NCBI GenBank assembly: GCA_942492765.1
Contig: OW818634.1
Coordinates: 345,159-409,158 of the forward strand
From: an uncultured bacterium
Lineage (GTDB): Bacteria; Patescibacteriota; Patescibacteriia; Patescibacteriales; UBA12465
Direction: 5' to 3'
DNA: 64,000 nt
The notes under the pieces were generated by a model. The model made no database searches. It saw nothing but the letters and a program-made list of their open reading frames with translations, and was not told where the DNA came from. This document shows, in pieces, positions 36,901 through 45,002 of this stretch. Position 1 is the first letter of the stretch. Every line of letters starts with the position of its first letter. Position numbers and translations under genes: made by a program.

Positions 36901-37875
36901 TCGCCCGCCGCTAAAATTATCATTCATCGCTCTGATTTTGAAAGCTCCATTTGAGGCTACTATTCCAAAAGATTTTTCAAATGTAGACGCATCCGTGTCC
37001 GTAGTATAGAGCGATGGGTTTATAGAACTCAGATGAAGTAATCCAACTGGCGACGTCGTCCCGATGCCCACATTGCCGCTATTTAGATTCCAAACATCCC
37101 CTCCTGTCGTTCCGCCCCAGAGAGTGGTAATGCTACTGGTCGCCGATGAAATTACTGAGTCGACATAGCCTTTCGAGGCAGCATCGCTATCGGCTGTCGG
37201 CAGGGCGACATTGCCGATCTTAAAATTTCCAGCGAGGATAGAGTAGCCGGAAGTCGGAATCACCTCTAACTTAGCGATCGGGGTCGAGGTGCCGATGCCG
37301 ACATTGCTCGAAGACGGAATGAATAAGGTCGGATAAGCCGCGCTTTGGATGACGGACGTACCGGACACGGAGTCATAGCCGAGCTTCAGCATTGAGACGG
37401 TTCCCTCGCAGGTGGCGGTACAGGCATTGAAAGTCTGGCCAGGCAGACAGCCGGGGTTAGCGACACAAGTATGCGTTGCAGAGCATAGCGCATAGCCAGA
37501 AATACAGCCGGTACAATAATTATTGCAAGTATCATAAGTGCTGCAGGGAGAAACCGGCGCGATCGTCGCCGTGCAATTATAATTAGGCCAAGTGCCGCAA
37601 CGAGTATAGCCGCCGGCACAAGTAGCGCCGTAGCCGCAAGCATCGGCCGTCGCGAAATTATTGCACGTGAAAATTGAAGCGCAGATTGGAGACGGCGTCC
37701 AGGTCAAGCATTGAGGCTGGTTGGTGCGACAAGCGCCGCCGCAATAATATTCCCCGATACCGATATTGCAGCCTACGCCCAAACCATTATCAGTCGGACA
37801 ATCATTCGCGCGCGCCGAAAAACCGACCGTCAGGCCGAGAGCGAAGATCAAGATGACTAATGATTTTTTCAGCAT
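33955..37875 (-). CDS. giant secreted fibre protein, 1306 aa: Cys-rich N-domain, four tail-fibre modules, YadA-head-like 14-residue repeats, Cys-containing C-terminal domain
   Basis: It has a signal peptide and about 27 Cys in residues 24-160. Four full modules are present, plus a repeat run NTAIGY.AL.ANT.G.NN.A.G. The C-terminus ends ...CNVARSFACCQ. Confidence 0.8.
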   Translation of the reverse strand: MLKKSLVILIFALGLTVGFSARANDCPTDNGLGVGCNIGIGEYYCGGACRTNQPQCLTWTPSPICASIFTCNNFATADACGYGATCAGGYTRCGTWPNYNCTATIAPVSPCSTYDTCNNYCTGCISGYALCSATHTCVANPGCLPGQTFNACTATCEGTVSMLKLGYDSVSGTSVIQSAAYPTLFIPSSSNVGIGTSTPIAKLEVIPTSGYSILAGNFKIGNVALPTADSDAASKGYVDSVISSATSSITTLWGGTTGGDVWNLNSGNVGIGTTSPVGLLHLSSINPSLYTTDTDASTFEKSFGIVASNGAFKIRAMNDNFSGGRDIMTIDQNGVTTNYISFRTGVELERMRIDTAGNVGIGTTTPLAKLHISNGTPGLINPGTVPVTWIESSGTNYLGVYAPDALNSGIVFGSPTDGFGAAMYWNNNASLLTLSSQHTGASIAISSSNNSEAMRITSLGNVGIGTTTPLARLEVVPASGYSILAGNYKIGNVALPTADADAATKGYVDSTIASATSSIALWGGTTAGNVWNLNSGNVGIGTVSPGAKLEVFGRISQQGLGNNMFIGYNAGLNDNLDLGNRNMAIGYYALQANVSGVYNTAIGYWALTANTSSGNLAVGYQALKANTTGGNNTALGRDSLLANIGGGQNTAIGYAALLANTSGNNNMAIGHTALAGNTTGGYNTAIGLSAGRYQADGATALTDAENSVYIGSNTRGYDNSDSNSIVIGYNAIGVGVNSVVLGNDSITKTILKGNVGIGMTAPTQKLELGSGNILFDDINAKIYFGTGLANYVAYSGWTVGGYQDIILNQSRTGTPMGILFRTNNTDRMKIASDGNVGIGTTTPLAKLEVIPASGYSILAGNFKIGNVALPTADSDAATKGYVDSTVASATSSISSLWGGTTSGDIWSLNSGNVGIGTTTPVAKFHVEGTGNVVLNAGNVGIGETNPNYKLKVTMASGAVYIGNAFNYSPATLDLVVGSTSNSSRFLFGQSNSNFGGMVWNYNAIAASAYLSVGNMNGQNTAGLNILQNGNVGIGITNPGAHLQVGLLSSVGAGTPPTSVNLAGEYLHLGGSEWGLGYRAIGFGYVGASAVYSPAYIGFLETSVTNKTLGDLVFGTRNVTTDTLATEQMRITSAGNVGIGTTTPLARLEVVPASGYSILAGNYKIGNVASPTADSDVVTLGWVNSALASVGGVASYSTSTPATYSGSQTGYSGANALCAATVAGTHVCTTGEIFNTINTGGGAAIPAGSTFWVSNGPPAYTANANDCMGWTSAVGSDYGTVWIKLASGDGFGSLNACNVARSFACCQ

Positions 37876-37886
37876 AACTTAATTAA

Positions 37887-37895
37887 AGTATAACA
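37887..37895 (-). promoter_or_regulatory. extended -10 element (tgttatact) 11 nt from the ATG
   Basis: It lies in the 27-nt gap between the 675-aa and 1306-aa fibre genes. Confidence 0.4.
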
Positions 37896-37902
37896 GCCAT
37901 TA

Positions 37903-39930
37903 TTAGCGGCAACAAGCTATTCTTAAGGAATTATTGCATGTCATCAGCAAGCCGCGCCCTTGCGGCCTGCCCGATCCGGGCATAGCGATCTGCCAATAAG
38001 TTCCGTAAGCGGCCGTCGTAGCGACTGACCTGCCCTCGCAGTCATTGGCCGCGGCCGTATACCCTGGAGGACCGGCAAATATCCAAACATCTTCGGCCGC
38101 TAAAGTTATTCCGGCCGAGATTGACCCCAGGATATTATCAGGCGTACAGACGGAAGAGCTGGCATAGGCGGCCTTGCAGGCATTTTGAGCGGTCGTATAA
38201 CCGGCCGAACCGTTATTGTCGCCGGTATAGGCCGTCGGCGTTATTCCTACGTAAAGAGCCGAGGAAACCACTCCAGAAGCGACATAAGAAGCAACAAAGG
38301 AGTCGACATAACCTTTAGTAGCCGCATCCGAATCAACCGTCGGCAGGGCGACGTTACCGATCTTAAAATTTCCAGCCAATATTGAATAGCCGGAAGCCGG
38401 CACTATTTCGAGGCGAGCGACCGGGCTGGTAGTGCCGATACCGACGTTGCCGCCCGAGGTAAATCTGGCTATCTCGTTCGTGTTAGCAACGCCATCTACA
38501 GTATTATTTTCGACGACCAAGGCGCCCGATGTGACCGGTCCATTAATGCCTCTCACACGTATGCCCATGATATTTACTTTACTAGCTGCTGTTGGCGTAG
38601 TATTCCAGGCGTTGGCGGAAAAACCTAAATACGGCGAAGACTTCTCCGGAGCCACGGCCGTCGCTGATACCGAGGTCAAAATTCTATTATTAAATAATTG
38701 GGCTTCGGTGGTCACGGCATTAGTATAATTATACCCATTTACCACCATGCCCGTGTTAATGGATGTTCCTCCTGTAAAAGACTGGCCGCCATTGACGACA
38801 AACTTCGTATTAGTTACTTCCGAGGCGCCAATGGCAACATTACCGTCTCTATTTATCAAGATCGCGTCCGTCGTCCCATTCATGGCCCGGATTGCTCCAC
38901 CTATTTCAAGATTGCCATTTACTTTAAGGATTCCACTTGTGGCAACGAAAACTTCTTTTATAGAAATAGAGGTGATTGTCATTCTCAATCCGGTGGCGAC
39001 CGGATAAATTATCAGCTTAGCTGTGCTAGCTGCCCTGATATTCTCTGTAAATGTTCCGGTGGTGGTCAGATAACTGCCTGAATTACCGCCAAGAGTAATA
39101 AAAGCAGTGCTGCCGGAAATAGCCGAAACGGTTATAGTCACTTGATAAGTGTGGCCAGCCACAATATTTGTCGCTGCGGATGTAGTGATAGTTCCGACCC
39201 CATCTCCAGATTTGTTGATGCTGTTATTAAACGGCTGATCATATCCGGCTACATTTGATAATGTCCAATTAGTGCCGCTACTGCCAGTCAAAGCAGGCGC
39301 CATTTCAGCGCTTAAAGTAGAATTGATTTGCGCGTTCAAGCCAGCCATCGTGGTTCCGATGTCCAATCCTTGAGACGGCGAAATATTTCCGATACCAACA
39401 TTCCCGCTATTCAAATTCCAAATATTGCCGCCGATCAACCCACCCCAAAGAGTGCTCATGCTGCTAGTCGCGGAAGCGACGAAGGAGTCGACGTAGCCTT
39501 TCGTGGCCGCATCACTATCGGCTGTCGGCAGGGCGACATTGCCGATCTTAAAATTTCCAGCGAGGATAGAGTAGCCGGAAGTTGGAACAACTTCGAGGCG
39601 CGCCAACGGATCATTCGTACCGAAGCCGACATTGCCAGATGAGAATAAGGAGTTGCCTCTGATAGTTCCATTGACCTCCAGGCCCGAGGACGGAGAGCTG
39701 GTCGCGATGCCGACCGGACCGTTAAGAGAAACCGGCAGCCAAGTATTGACGAAATCGCTGAACAGGTCGTTCCAATTCTGAGAAGTCAAGGTATCGGTAA
39801 ACAGCTTATCATAGCTAGAAGTAGCATGATAAGCTTGAGCTGTTTTCGAACCGATTAAAAACAAAAAAATACCGTTCATTACTAAAACAGCTAGAAAAAT
39901 TTTTGATTTTCGTCCTGAAAATAGGGACAT
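37903..39930 (-). CDS. secreted or membrane-anchored fibre protein, 675 aa: two tail-fibre modules flanking a unique central region, Cys-containing C-terminal domain
   Basis: It has an N-terminal hydrophobic anchor or signal. Modules lie at about aa 100-150 and 495-545. The C-terminal domain is homologous to that of the 1306-aa protein and ends ...CNNSLRIACCR. Confidence 0.75.
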   Translation of the reverse strand: MSLFSGRKSKIFLAVLVMNGIFLFLIGSKTAQAYHATSSYDKLFTDTLTSQNWNDLFSDFVNTWLPVSLNGPVGIATSSPSSGLEVNGTIRGNSLFSSGNVGFGTNDPLARLEVVPTSGYSILAGNFKIGNVALPTADSDAATKGYVDSFVASATSSMSTLWGGLIGGNIWNLNSGNVGIGNISPSQGLDIGTTMAGLNAQINSTLSAEMAPALTGSSGTNWTLSNVAGYDQPFNNSINKSGDGVGTITTSAATNIVAGHTYQVTITVSAISGSTAFITLGGNSGSYLTTTGTFTENIRAASTAKLIIYPVATGLRMTITSISIKEVFVATSGILKVNGNLEIGGAIRAMNGTTDAILINRDGNVAIGASEVTNTKFVVNGGQSFTGGTSINTGMVVNGYNYTNAVTTEAQLFNNRILTSVSATAVAPEKSSPYLGFSANAWNTTPTAASKVNIMGIRVRGINGPVTSGALVVENNTVDGVANTNEIARFTSGGNVGIGTTSPVARLEIVPASGYSILAGNFKIGNVALPTVDSDAATKGYVDSFVASYVASGVVSSALYVGITPTAYTGDNNGSAGYTTAQNACKAAYASSSVCTPDNILGSISAGITLAAEDVWIFAGPPGYTAAANDCEGRSVATTAAYGTYWQIAMPGSGRPQGRGLLMTCNNSLRIACCR

Positions 39931-39965
39931 TCAAAATTTATATTTTTCAATTATTTCTTGCCTGA

Positions 39966-39974
39966 ATTATAGCA
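39966..39974 (-). promoter_or_regulatory. extended -10 element (tgctataat)
   Basis: It lies 35 nt upstream of the ATG at 39930. Confidence 0.45.
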
Positions 39975-40022
39975 TTTTTCAAGATAGCTGCCAAGGATTT
40001 TTTGCCCTTCAAAAAATCCGGA

Positions 40023-40382
40023 TCAAATCCGGATTTCGACGCTGCGCTTCGAGTTCTGATATTCTCCGATAGCCCTGAAAACTAAAGGAGGAAAATCGAT
40101 AAAATAGACGTCATAGCGGCTCCCGCCGACTAAATCTGCCTGGAAAATAAGAGCGCCAGGGTCATCCTCATATGAATAGCTATTTTGCCTGAGCTCCCAA
40201 AGCAGCCTTTCAGCTCCGGACTCAGCCGCATAATACGCTTTAGTAGATTGCGCTTGGATACCGCCGGCCTTGATGCCTAAAAAGACGACATAGGCGCCGC
40301 CCATAGCGACCAGAAGCATGCCGGCCATGATGAACATGGTCAGGATCAAGGCGCTCCCCGGCTTGTGGGCATTGATTTTCAT
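40023..40382 (-). CDS. PilX-N-like minor pilus protein (119 aa)
   Basis: The N-terminus GSALILTMFIMAGMLLVAMGGAYV resembles the hydrophobic segment of PilX/GspK-type proteins. It is the last gene of the pseudopilin run. Confidence 0.5.
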   Translation of the reverse strand: MKINAHKPGSALILTMFIMAGMLLVAMGGAYVVFLGIKAGGIQAQSTKAYYAAESGAERLLWELRQNSYSYEDDPGALIFQADLVGGSRYDVYFIDFPPLVFRAIGEYQNSKRSVEIRI

Positions 40383-40384
40383 AG

Positions 40385-40945
40385 TTATTTATAATAGCGC
40401 GAAGTCATTGTCGTCTGGATATCCATCTCTGATTTAAACTCCCCTTGCCCGAGGGCGTGCGCCTTGAGGTTCAGGGTTATCGCCATTTGCGTCGTTGTCG
40501 CGCCGCTAGCGGCGATAAAAGATAATTTATCTATCCTGATCTTAGCCGGCGAAATAAAATCAGAGACCGCGCCGCGCGAAACTCGGAAGCGCTGCCTGTC
40601 GCCAGTGCCATCCTGATCCAGCGAATAGGTAACGCATTGATTATAATAGTTCTTGAAATAAAGGGTATCGCCATAAGCATTACTGCTAATGACATATATC
40701 TCATCATCCGGAATCCCAGCGCAGATGCCTTCGTTCTTTTGAGCCATCCTGATTTCCTTGCCCGTGACTTCCAAAAAATATTTTAGGCTCTCCTGAACAT
40801 TCTGTGTTGCCAGGGCGCTGCGCTGACTATCTATGACCATCTTAAAAATCTGTGTCATGGACAGAATGATGATCGAAAACAAAGACACGGAGACTATCAC
40901 TTCGATCAAGGAGAACCCAGTTGCTTGTAATTTATGATTTTTCAT
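40385..40945 (-). CDS. prepilin-type N-terminal cleavage/methylation domain protein (minor pilin)
   Basis: The N-terminus reads MKNHKLQATG|FSLIEVIVSVSLFSIIIL. Confidence 0.7.
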   Translation of the reverse strand: MKNHKLQATGFSLIEVIVSVSLFSIIILSMTQIFKMVIDSQRSALATQNVQESLKYFLEVTGKEIRMAQKNEGICAGIPDDEIYVISSNAYGDTLYFKNYYNQCVTYSLDQDGTGDRQRFRVSRGAVSDFISPAKIRIDKLSFIAASGATTTQMAITLNLKAHALGQGEFKSEMDIQTTMTSRYYK

Positions 40946-40951
40946 GGAATT

Positions 40952-41449
40952 TTAGCGCCAATTATACAAGACTGTTTCTAAGTCATAGACATAATTACGG
41001 CCATGCTCTCCCCAGAAGATACTGGAATTAACTCGGAAAGAATGGTCGTCTATCGCCTGAATGGTTATCAGGCGAGAAAAGGGGGTTGTTGTCGCCGCCA
41101 GATCATGAGTATAAAAATTAGCCGCGTTCTTATTCAATACCAGCTGCTCAGGCATAACTGGATTATAAGCCTGCGGCGCGGCATCTTCGTAATCCATAAA
41201 ATATTGGCCGGCTGCCAGCTTGTCATCATAAGGCAAGCTCTCGCGCCAATTAGAATCTCGAACCTTGCGGATAAGCTCTATTCCCTCCTGAGCTAATTGG
41301 TAAGCAATCAGATTGCTCTTGTTGTAACTCTGGCTTTGGATATTCTGAACGATGAGTCCGAGGATGCCGATCAGCCCTAAAGACATGATGAACAAGATGA
41401 CGATCACTTCGACTAGAGTAAACCCTTTTTTTGAAAAATTATCTTTCAT
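40952..41449 (-). CDS. prepilin-type N-terminal cleavage/methylation domain protein (minor pilin)
   Basis: The N-terminus reads MKDNFSKKG|FTLVEVIVILFIMSLGLIG. Confidence 0.75.
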   Translation of the reverse strand: MKDNFSKKGFTLVEVIVILFIMSLGLIGILGLIVQNIQSQSYNKSNLIAYQLAQEGIELIRKVRDSNWRESLPYDDKLAAGQYFMDYEDAAPQAYNPVMPEQLVLNKNAANFYTHDLAATTTPFSRLITIQAIDDHSFRVNSSIFWGEHGRNYVYDLETVLYNWR

Positions 41450-41461
41450 AAGCTGCCTAAA

Positions 41462-42034
41462 TCAATCTAAAACTTCGACTAATCCTAAAAAATTGACACG
41501 AACCGTCTTCTTAGTATTATTCCTCCCCTCGGTCAGCTCTATTTCTAAAGACGACGAGGTGGCAGTGGTGGCATCAAAGATATTCGTCCTGGGATCCGGA
41601 GGCAAGAAAGTAACGTTGCCAGAAGCGATATCTGTTCCTCCCTCCATAGTCAGTTTCGATATCCTGATATCGGTCGGCAGGCGCGTTATCCGGCCGCCAT
41701 ATTCGGGTCGGGCTTCGGTCGCTTCGTCCATGCTCATATAGCCCGCGGTCTCCGGCGAATCCAAATCAGCAAAAAGAGTATAATAATCCTTATTAACATC
41801 AAAGGCTATCCCCCAACCGCCGGCCGGAACCGCATTGTTATATTTCACGAGGCCCAAAGTATCATTCTGCGCCAGATGAATATCGGCGACCAGATTCTGA
41901 GCGGTCATGATGAGATCCGTCCGCTTATTAGCCGAACGATAATTAGCTATGAAAAGCGCGGTCACCATGGCAATCATGGAGATGCTCACGACCATTTCTA
42001 TCAGAGTAAAAGCTGGCTTATCTATTGTTCTCAT
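41462..42034 (-). CDS. prepilin-type N-terminal cleavage/methylation domain protein (minor pilin)
   Basis: The N-terminus reads MRTIDKPA|FTLIEMVVSISMIAMV. Confidence 0.7.
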   Translation of the reverse strand: MRTIDKPAFTLIEMVVSISMIAMVTALFIANYRSANKRTDLIMTAQNLVADIHLAQNDTLGLVKYNNAVPAGGWGIAFDVNKDYYTLFADLDSPETAGYMSMDEATEARPEYGGRITRLPTDIRISKLTMEGGTDIASGNVTFLPPDPRTNIFDATTATSSSLEIELTEGRNNTKKTVRVNFLGLVEVLD

Positions 42035-42035
42035 A

Positions 42036-42716
42036 TTATTCGGCTTTGACTTCCCGCCAGATGGGCAGGCCGTAATTTATTCTCAAAGTCGTCGACAGAC
42101 TGCAGACATAATTGTCATTATCCGTTAGGCGTAAAGTGATAGTCGTGCCGGTCGCATGGAAGAAAGTGATTGCGGTCGTCGCATTAGTCGGATCGCTAAT
42201 AATCGCCGAGGCGTCAGTCGTGGTCCAGAGATAGCGGCAATTAGAGCCATAGCAGCTCTGCGGCAAGGCGGGCGAACCGCTCGAATAGAAGACGGAACCG
42301 GAACTTGTAAAATCGGTCGAGGTGCCGACTAGCACGTCAAAAGGAGACCAGCTGAAGAACGGGGTCGGAAACTCATGGCGATAGGTCGTGAAAGTCCTGA
42401 TATTGCCGTCCGGGTTGCCGTCTGTCTGTTCGTCCTCCGCGCCGTCGCCGACATAGCGATTATCATCGGCGCCATACTGATACCACGGGGTCGGATAATA
42501 CTCTCCCCCGTCCAGATAATATAGCCTGACCCACCAATAATAATTACTGTCATAGCTCAAGTTCTGACAATTAGGGTCGGTATTCGGAATGATATATTGC
42601 GAGGCGACTGCGGGAGTTTTCACTCCGCTCCAACAGATATAATCGCCAGTCGAGGTCGCGAAAGTCGGGCTGTCATTAACAACGACTTCATAACCAGCCT
42701 GCACGCCGCTCCGCAA
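42036..42716 (-). CDS. extracellular-type protein fragment ending in a PKD-like domain; probably the C-terminal part of a frameshifted gene
   Basis: It has no signal peptide and a TTG start. Its frame stays open upstream to 42803, overlapping the preceding ORF. The C-terminus C.YLWTT.D.......P.....I.F...G...I.L...D fits a PKD-like domain. Confidence 0.5.
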   Translation of the reverse strand: MRSGVQAGYEVVVNDSPTFATSTGDYICWSGVKTPAVASQYIIPNTDPNCQNLSYDSNYYWWVRLYYLDGGEYYPTPWYQYGADDNRYVGDGAEDEQTDGNPDGNIRTFTTYRHEFPTPFFSWSPFDVLVGTSTDFTSSGSVFYSSGSPALPQSCYGSNCRYLWTTTDASAIISDPTNATTAITFFHATGTTITLRLTDNDNYVCSLSTTLRINYGLPIWREVKAE

Positions 42717-42736
42717 ATACCATTTTAAGACCGCTT

Positions 42737-43489
42737 TCAGGGCGCCTTCGCTGCAAGCATCGCTATAGCTCCATTCGGAGCCGAGAGATGGCCTAGTTGT
42801 AAATTATCGATATAAACTTTATAATCTCGCGTCGCGCAATTACCGATACCCCCGAGTTCACTCTCGCAATTAAAACTCAGCCAGCCAAGATTGCTTGAAG
42901 CGTCGCCGACGAAATCTCCGGGCAGGATTCCATGTCCGGGCAAGGTCGAGCTGGCCAGATAATTCCAACCCTGGTTCATGACTGGTGTAGTAGTCGCGCT
43001 ATCCAGCCTGATCCAGTCTCCGCTGCCGTCGACTCGCGCCCAGCCATACACTTTCTGTTCCTCCGGATTATAACAGGACCAACAGCTATTGCTGGGATTG
43101 CAAGTACTCGGGCAATGAGCGCTGACGCTGGCTCCGCCATCCGGCGGCGTGGCCGAACCATCGAGCGAAATAAACCCGAGCGAATAATTCCAGGCGTCGC
43201 CGGAAAAATTATTGTTAGAATCGATGGAAACGTGATGGACTATGCTCGTGCAAGGCGGGACATAGAAACGGAATCCCGGAGGCGTCGTCAAATTGCCTTC
43301 AATATCTAAACGGTCGCCAGTGACGTCATCTAGACAATCGAAATAAACGTACTGATATTGATTCCCGTACCAGGCCGCGCCACGGACCGTCGAAGTAGCG
43401 GCTTGAGCGTTCTTGGGCGCCAAAAAACAGGCGAAAAAAAAGATCGCCGTCAAAAAAATCAATTTATTTTTTTCCAGAATCAGGGTCAT
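42737..43489 (-). CDS. secreted Cys/Trp-rich protein; probably the N-terminal part of the same frameshifted gene
   Basis: It has a signal peptide (..FLAPKNAQA). G.AW....G.ISL/GWLSFNC-type motifs are present. Confidence 0.5.
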   Translation of the reverse strand: MTLILEKNKLIFLTAIFFFACFLAPKNAQAATSTVRGAAWYGNQYQYVYFDCLDDVTGDRLDIEGNLTTPPGFRFYVPPCTSIVHHVSIDSNNNFSGDAWNYSLGFISLDGSATPPDGGASVSAHCPSTCNPSNSCWSCYNPEEQKVYGWARVDGSGDWIRLDSATTTPVMNQGWNYLASSTLPGHGILPGDFVGDASSNLGWLSFNCESELGGIGNCATRDYKVYIDNLQLGHLSAPNGAIAMLAAKAP

Positions 43490-43500
43490 AATATATTGCC

Positions 43501-43509
43501 ATTATAGCA
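43501..43509 (-). promoter_or_regulatory. extended -10 element (tgctataat) 11 nt from the ATG
   Basis: It overlaps the ybeY stop codon and precedes the ATG at 43489. Confidence 0.4.
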
Positions 43510-43954
43510 CTAATCCGCTTTTCTTTAAAAAATCCCTTCCCCTCCGAATCATTTCGAGGCGTCCCGCCTCAGTCTTGTCATCATAGCCGGCTAAATGCAG
43601 TAATCCATGGACGAATAAGAAATAAAGAAGATATTCGCTCAGTCTTTTCTTTTGCGCGGCCGTTTTCAGGGCGCTGATATCGAGGCCTATCTCCAGAAAC
43701 ATATCCTGATACTTCTTCGGTCTTTGTGTATCTGCGATATTGATGATGATTTCATTCTCTTCTGAAAAAGAGAGGACATCGGTCGCCTTGTCCAAATCGC
43801 GATAATCGCGATTCAGGCTTTTGATCCGGGCTGGCCCGACTATAGCTAACGAGATATCGCCCTTCTTCTTATAGGCGCGCACGAATTTGTCAGCGATGCT
43901 TTCGAGCCTCCTGGCGTTTATTCTTTCTTTGGTAGTGTTGTTGATCTCTAACAT
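43502..43954 (-). CDS. ybeY: rRNA maturation endoribonuclease YbeY
   Basis: 150-aa ORF. The motif TDVLSF...........HGLLHLAGYD is present, but the third metal-ligand position reads D, not H. Confidence 0.85.
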   Translation of the reverse strand: MLEINNTTKERINARRLESIADKFVRAYKKKGDISLAIVGPARIKSLNRDYRDLDKATDVLSFSEENEIIINIADTQRPKKYQDMFLEIGLDISALKTAAQKKRLSEYLLYFLFVHGLLHLAGYDDKTEAGRLEMIRRGRDFLKKSGLVL

Positions 43955-43971
43955 AGGGATGAGTTTTTTAT

Positions 43972-44955
43972 TTACACTAGCCTCCTTATCTTCCGCATAA
44001 GCTCATAAAAACCATATAATATCGGATTAATAATGACATCGTAAGCTCCGGGATAATCCTCTGCCCGACCGCCGAAACCGAGCTTGAAGCGCGTTACGCC
44101 CGGCCATTTATTCTCATCGATACCATAAAAATCATAATACCGATAACCGCCCTCCTTAGCCTTCCTGATCATCGACCATTGCAATAGATACGGCGCCATG
44201 ACATTGCGGAATTCGTTATCGCTCGCGCCGTGCATATAAGTCGCTTTATCGCCCCAGAAACAAAACATACCAGCGGCGATATTTTTTCCCTCATAAACGG
44301 CGAAAAATAATCTAATGAATCCAGGCCAGCCGCTTAATAAATTAAGATAATGCTTGGCGCTATGCAGGCGAAAATCATCGCGCGCGCCGGTCATATCCAT
44401 CAGGCGCCAGAACTCGGAAAAATCCGCGACCGCGCCTTCTTTTATCTCCACGCCTTTCTTGGCCGCTAGATTAATATTATAACGAGTCTTCGGATGCATA
44501 GCTTTGAGCAAGCTCTCTTCATCCGAGTCTAGATCTATTATCAGGGTCTTCTTGGGCTGCAGATCGCGAGTCTTCTTAATCTTGAAGCGGCGGCTTGAAA
44601 GCTCGCTTGGCGGCTCTATCCTTAAGAAAATCGCGCCCTGATCCATTTTCCTTATTTCGAAAAAGAAGAAATCTCCGACCTCTGTCCTCTGTTCTTCTGA
44701 CAAACCCGGTCCGAAGATGATTCCTCGTGGCGCATACCAATACGAATAACCGCCCGGAAGCGGATTTTTCATGATAGTCGCAGCTGCCAGGATATTCCCT
44801 TCCTCTCTCACCCCAATCCGGAGAATTTCCGCCTTTTCCGCTTGCAATAATTCGCCCCAGTTCCAAGACTGCAGAAACTCAGCTCCGCGCGCGTCAGCAG
44901 TGCCTTTAATAAAATCATCTAGCTCTTCTTTTTTCGTAAAATAAAACAATTCCAT
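43972..44955 (-). CDS. FemAB-family peptidoglycan interpeptide-bridge aminoacyltransferase-like protein
   Basis: FLQSWNWGE, YAPRG and the two-lobed GNAT-like length fit the FemAB family. The start is set at MELFYF (ATG 44953-44955). Confidence 0.7.
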   Translation of the reverse strand: MELFYFTKKEELDDFIKGTADARGAEFLQSWNWGELLQAEKAEILRIGVREEGNILAAATIMKNPLPGGYSYWYAPRGIIFGPGLSEEQRTEVGDFFFFEIRKMDQGAIFLRIEPPSELSSRRFKIKKTRDLQPKKTLIIDLDSDEESLLKAMHPKTRYNINLAAKKGVEIKEGAVADFSEFWRLMDMTGARDDFRLHSAKHYLNLLSGWPGFIRLFFAVYEGKNIAAGMFCFWGDKATYMHGASDNEFRNVMAPYLLQWSMIRKAKEGGYRYYDFYGIDENKWPGVTRFKLGFGGRAEDYPGAYDVIINPILYGFYELMRKIRRLV

Positions 44956-44961
44956 GCTTCG

Positions 44962-44970
44962 ATTATAGCA
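44962..44970 (-). promoter_or_regulatory. extended -10 element (tgctataat) 6 nt from the ATG
   Basis: The minus strand reads tgctataat-cgaagc-ATG. This spacing places the transcription start at or next to the A of the ATG, consistent with a leaderless mRNA. Confidence 0.5.
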
Positions 44971-45002
44971 TACTATCATCATTCTTTTCCAGCCGGACAA
45001 TA

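Larger units (their letters stand above)
32731..39636 (-). repeat. dispersed family of eight ~150-nt coding modules shared by three fibre genes
   Basis: Core copies are at 32731-32880, 33298-33447, 34327-34476, 35226-35376, 36348-36498, 37158-37308, 38302-38451 and 39486-39636. Each ends in g[tc]gccgat[ag]ccgac[ga]ttgcc on the plus strand (copy 39486-39636 reads gtaccgaagccgacattgcc). Confidence 0.85.

Noticed and set aside
34201-39671. Many 60-130-aa ORFs antisense to or out of frame with the fibre genes (for example 34201-34437, 35101-35310, 35584-35856, 38698-39081 and 39328-39642).
   Set aside because: These are Arg/Ser/Ile-rich shadow frames of repetitive coding sequence. They are fully contained in much longer ORFs with recognisable domains. 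The same reasoning applies to similar shadow ORFs elsewhere, such as 3294-3602, 12854-13550, 17145-17681 and 24797-25751.
32206-39930. Regularly recurring near-identical ~30-nt strings (such as gtgccgatgccgacgttgcc) that could suggest a CRISPR array or non-coding repeat array.
   Set aside because: They lie inside long intact ORFs and encode the GNVGIGTTTP motif. Their spacing is irregular (0.6-1.3 kb), and no cas genes or leader are present.
27979-39930. Prophage or phage-tail-like particle, considered because of the tail-fibre motifs and S74 domain.
   Set aside because: The flanks contain no capsid, portal, terminase, sheath or tube, tape-measure, baseplate, lysis or integrase genes. The neighbours are pilus genes and chromosomal housekeeping genes.
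32206-39930. Diversity-generating retroelement targeting the fibre C-terminal domains.
   Set aside because: There is no reverse transcriptase ORF anywhere in the window. Differences between module copies involve all four bases, not adenine-specific substitutions, and I found no template/variable repeat pair.
43600-43640. The YbeY metal-binding motif reads HGLLHLAGYDD rather than H...H.....H.
   Set aside because: Asp can also ligate zinc, and my by-eye alignment could be off by one residue. This is not strong enough to claim loss of function.
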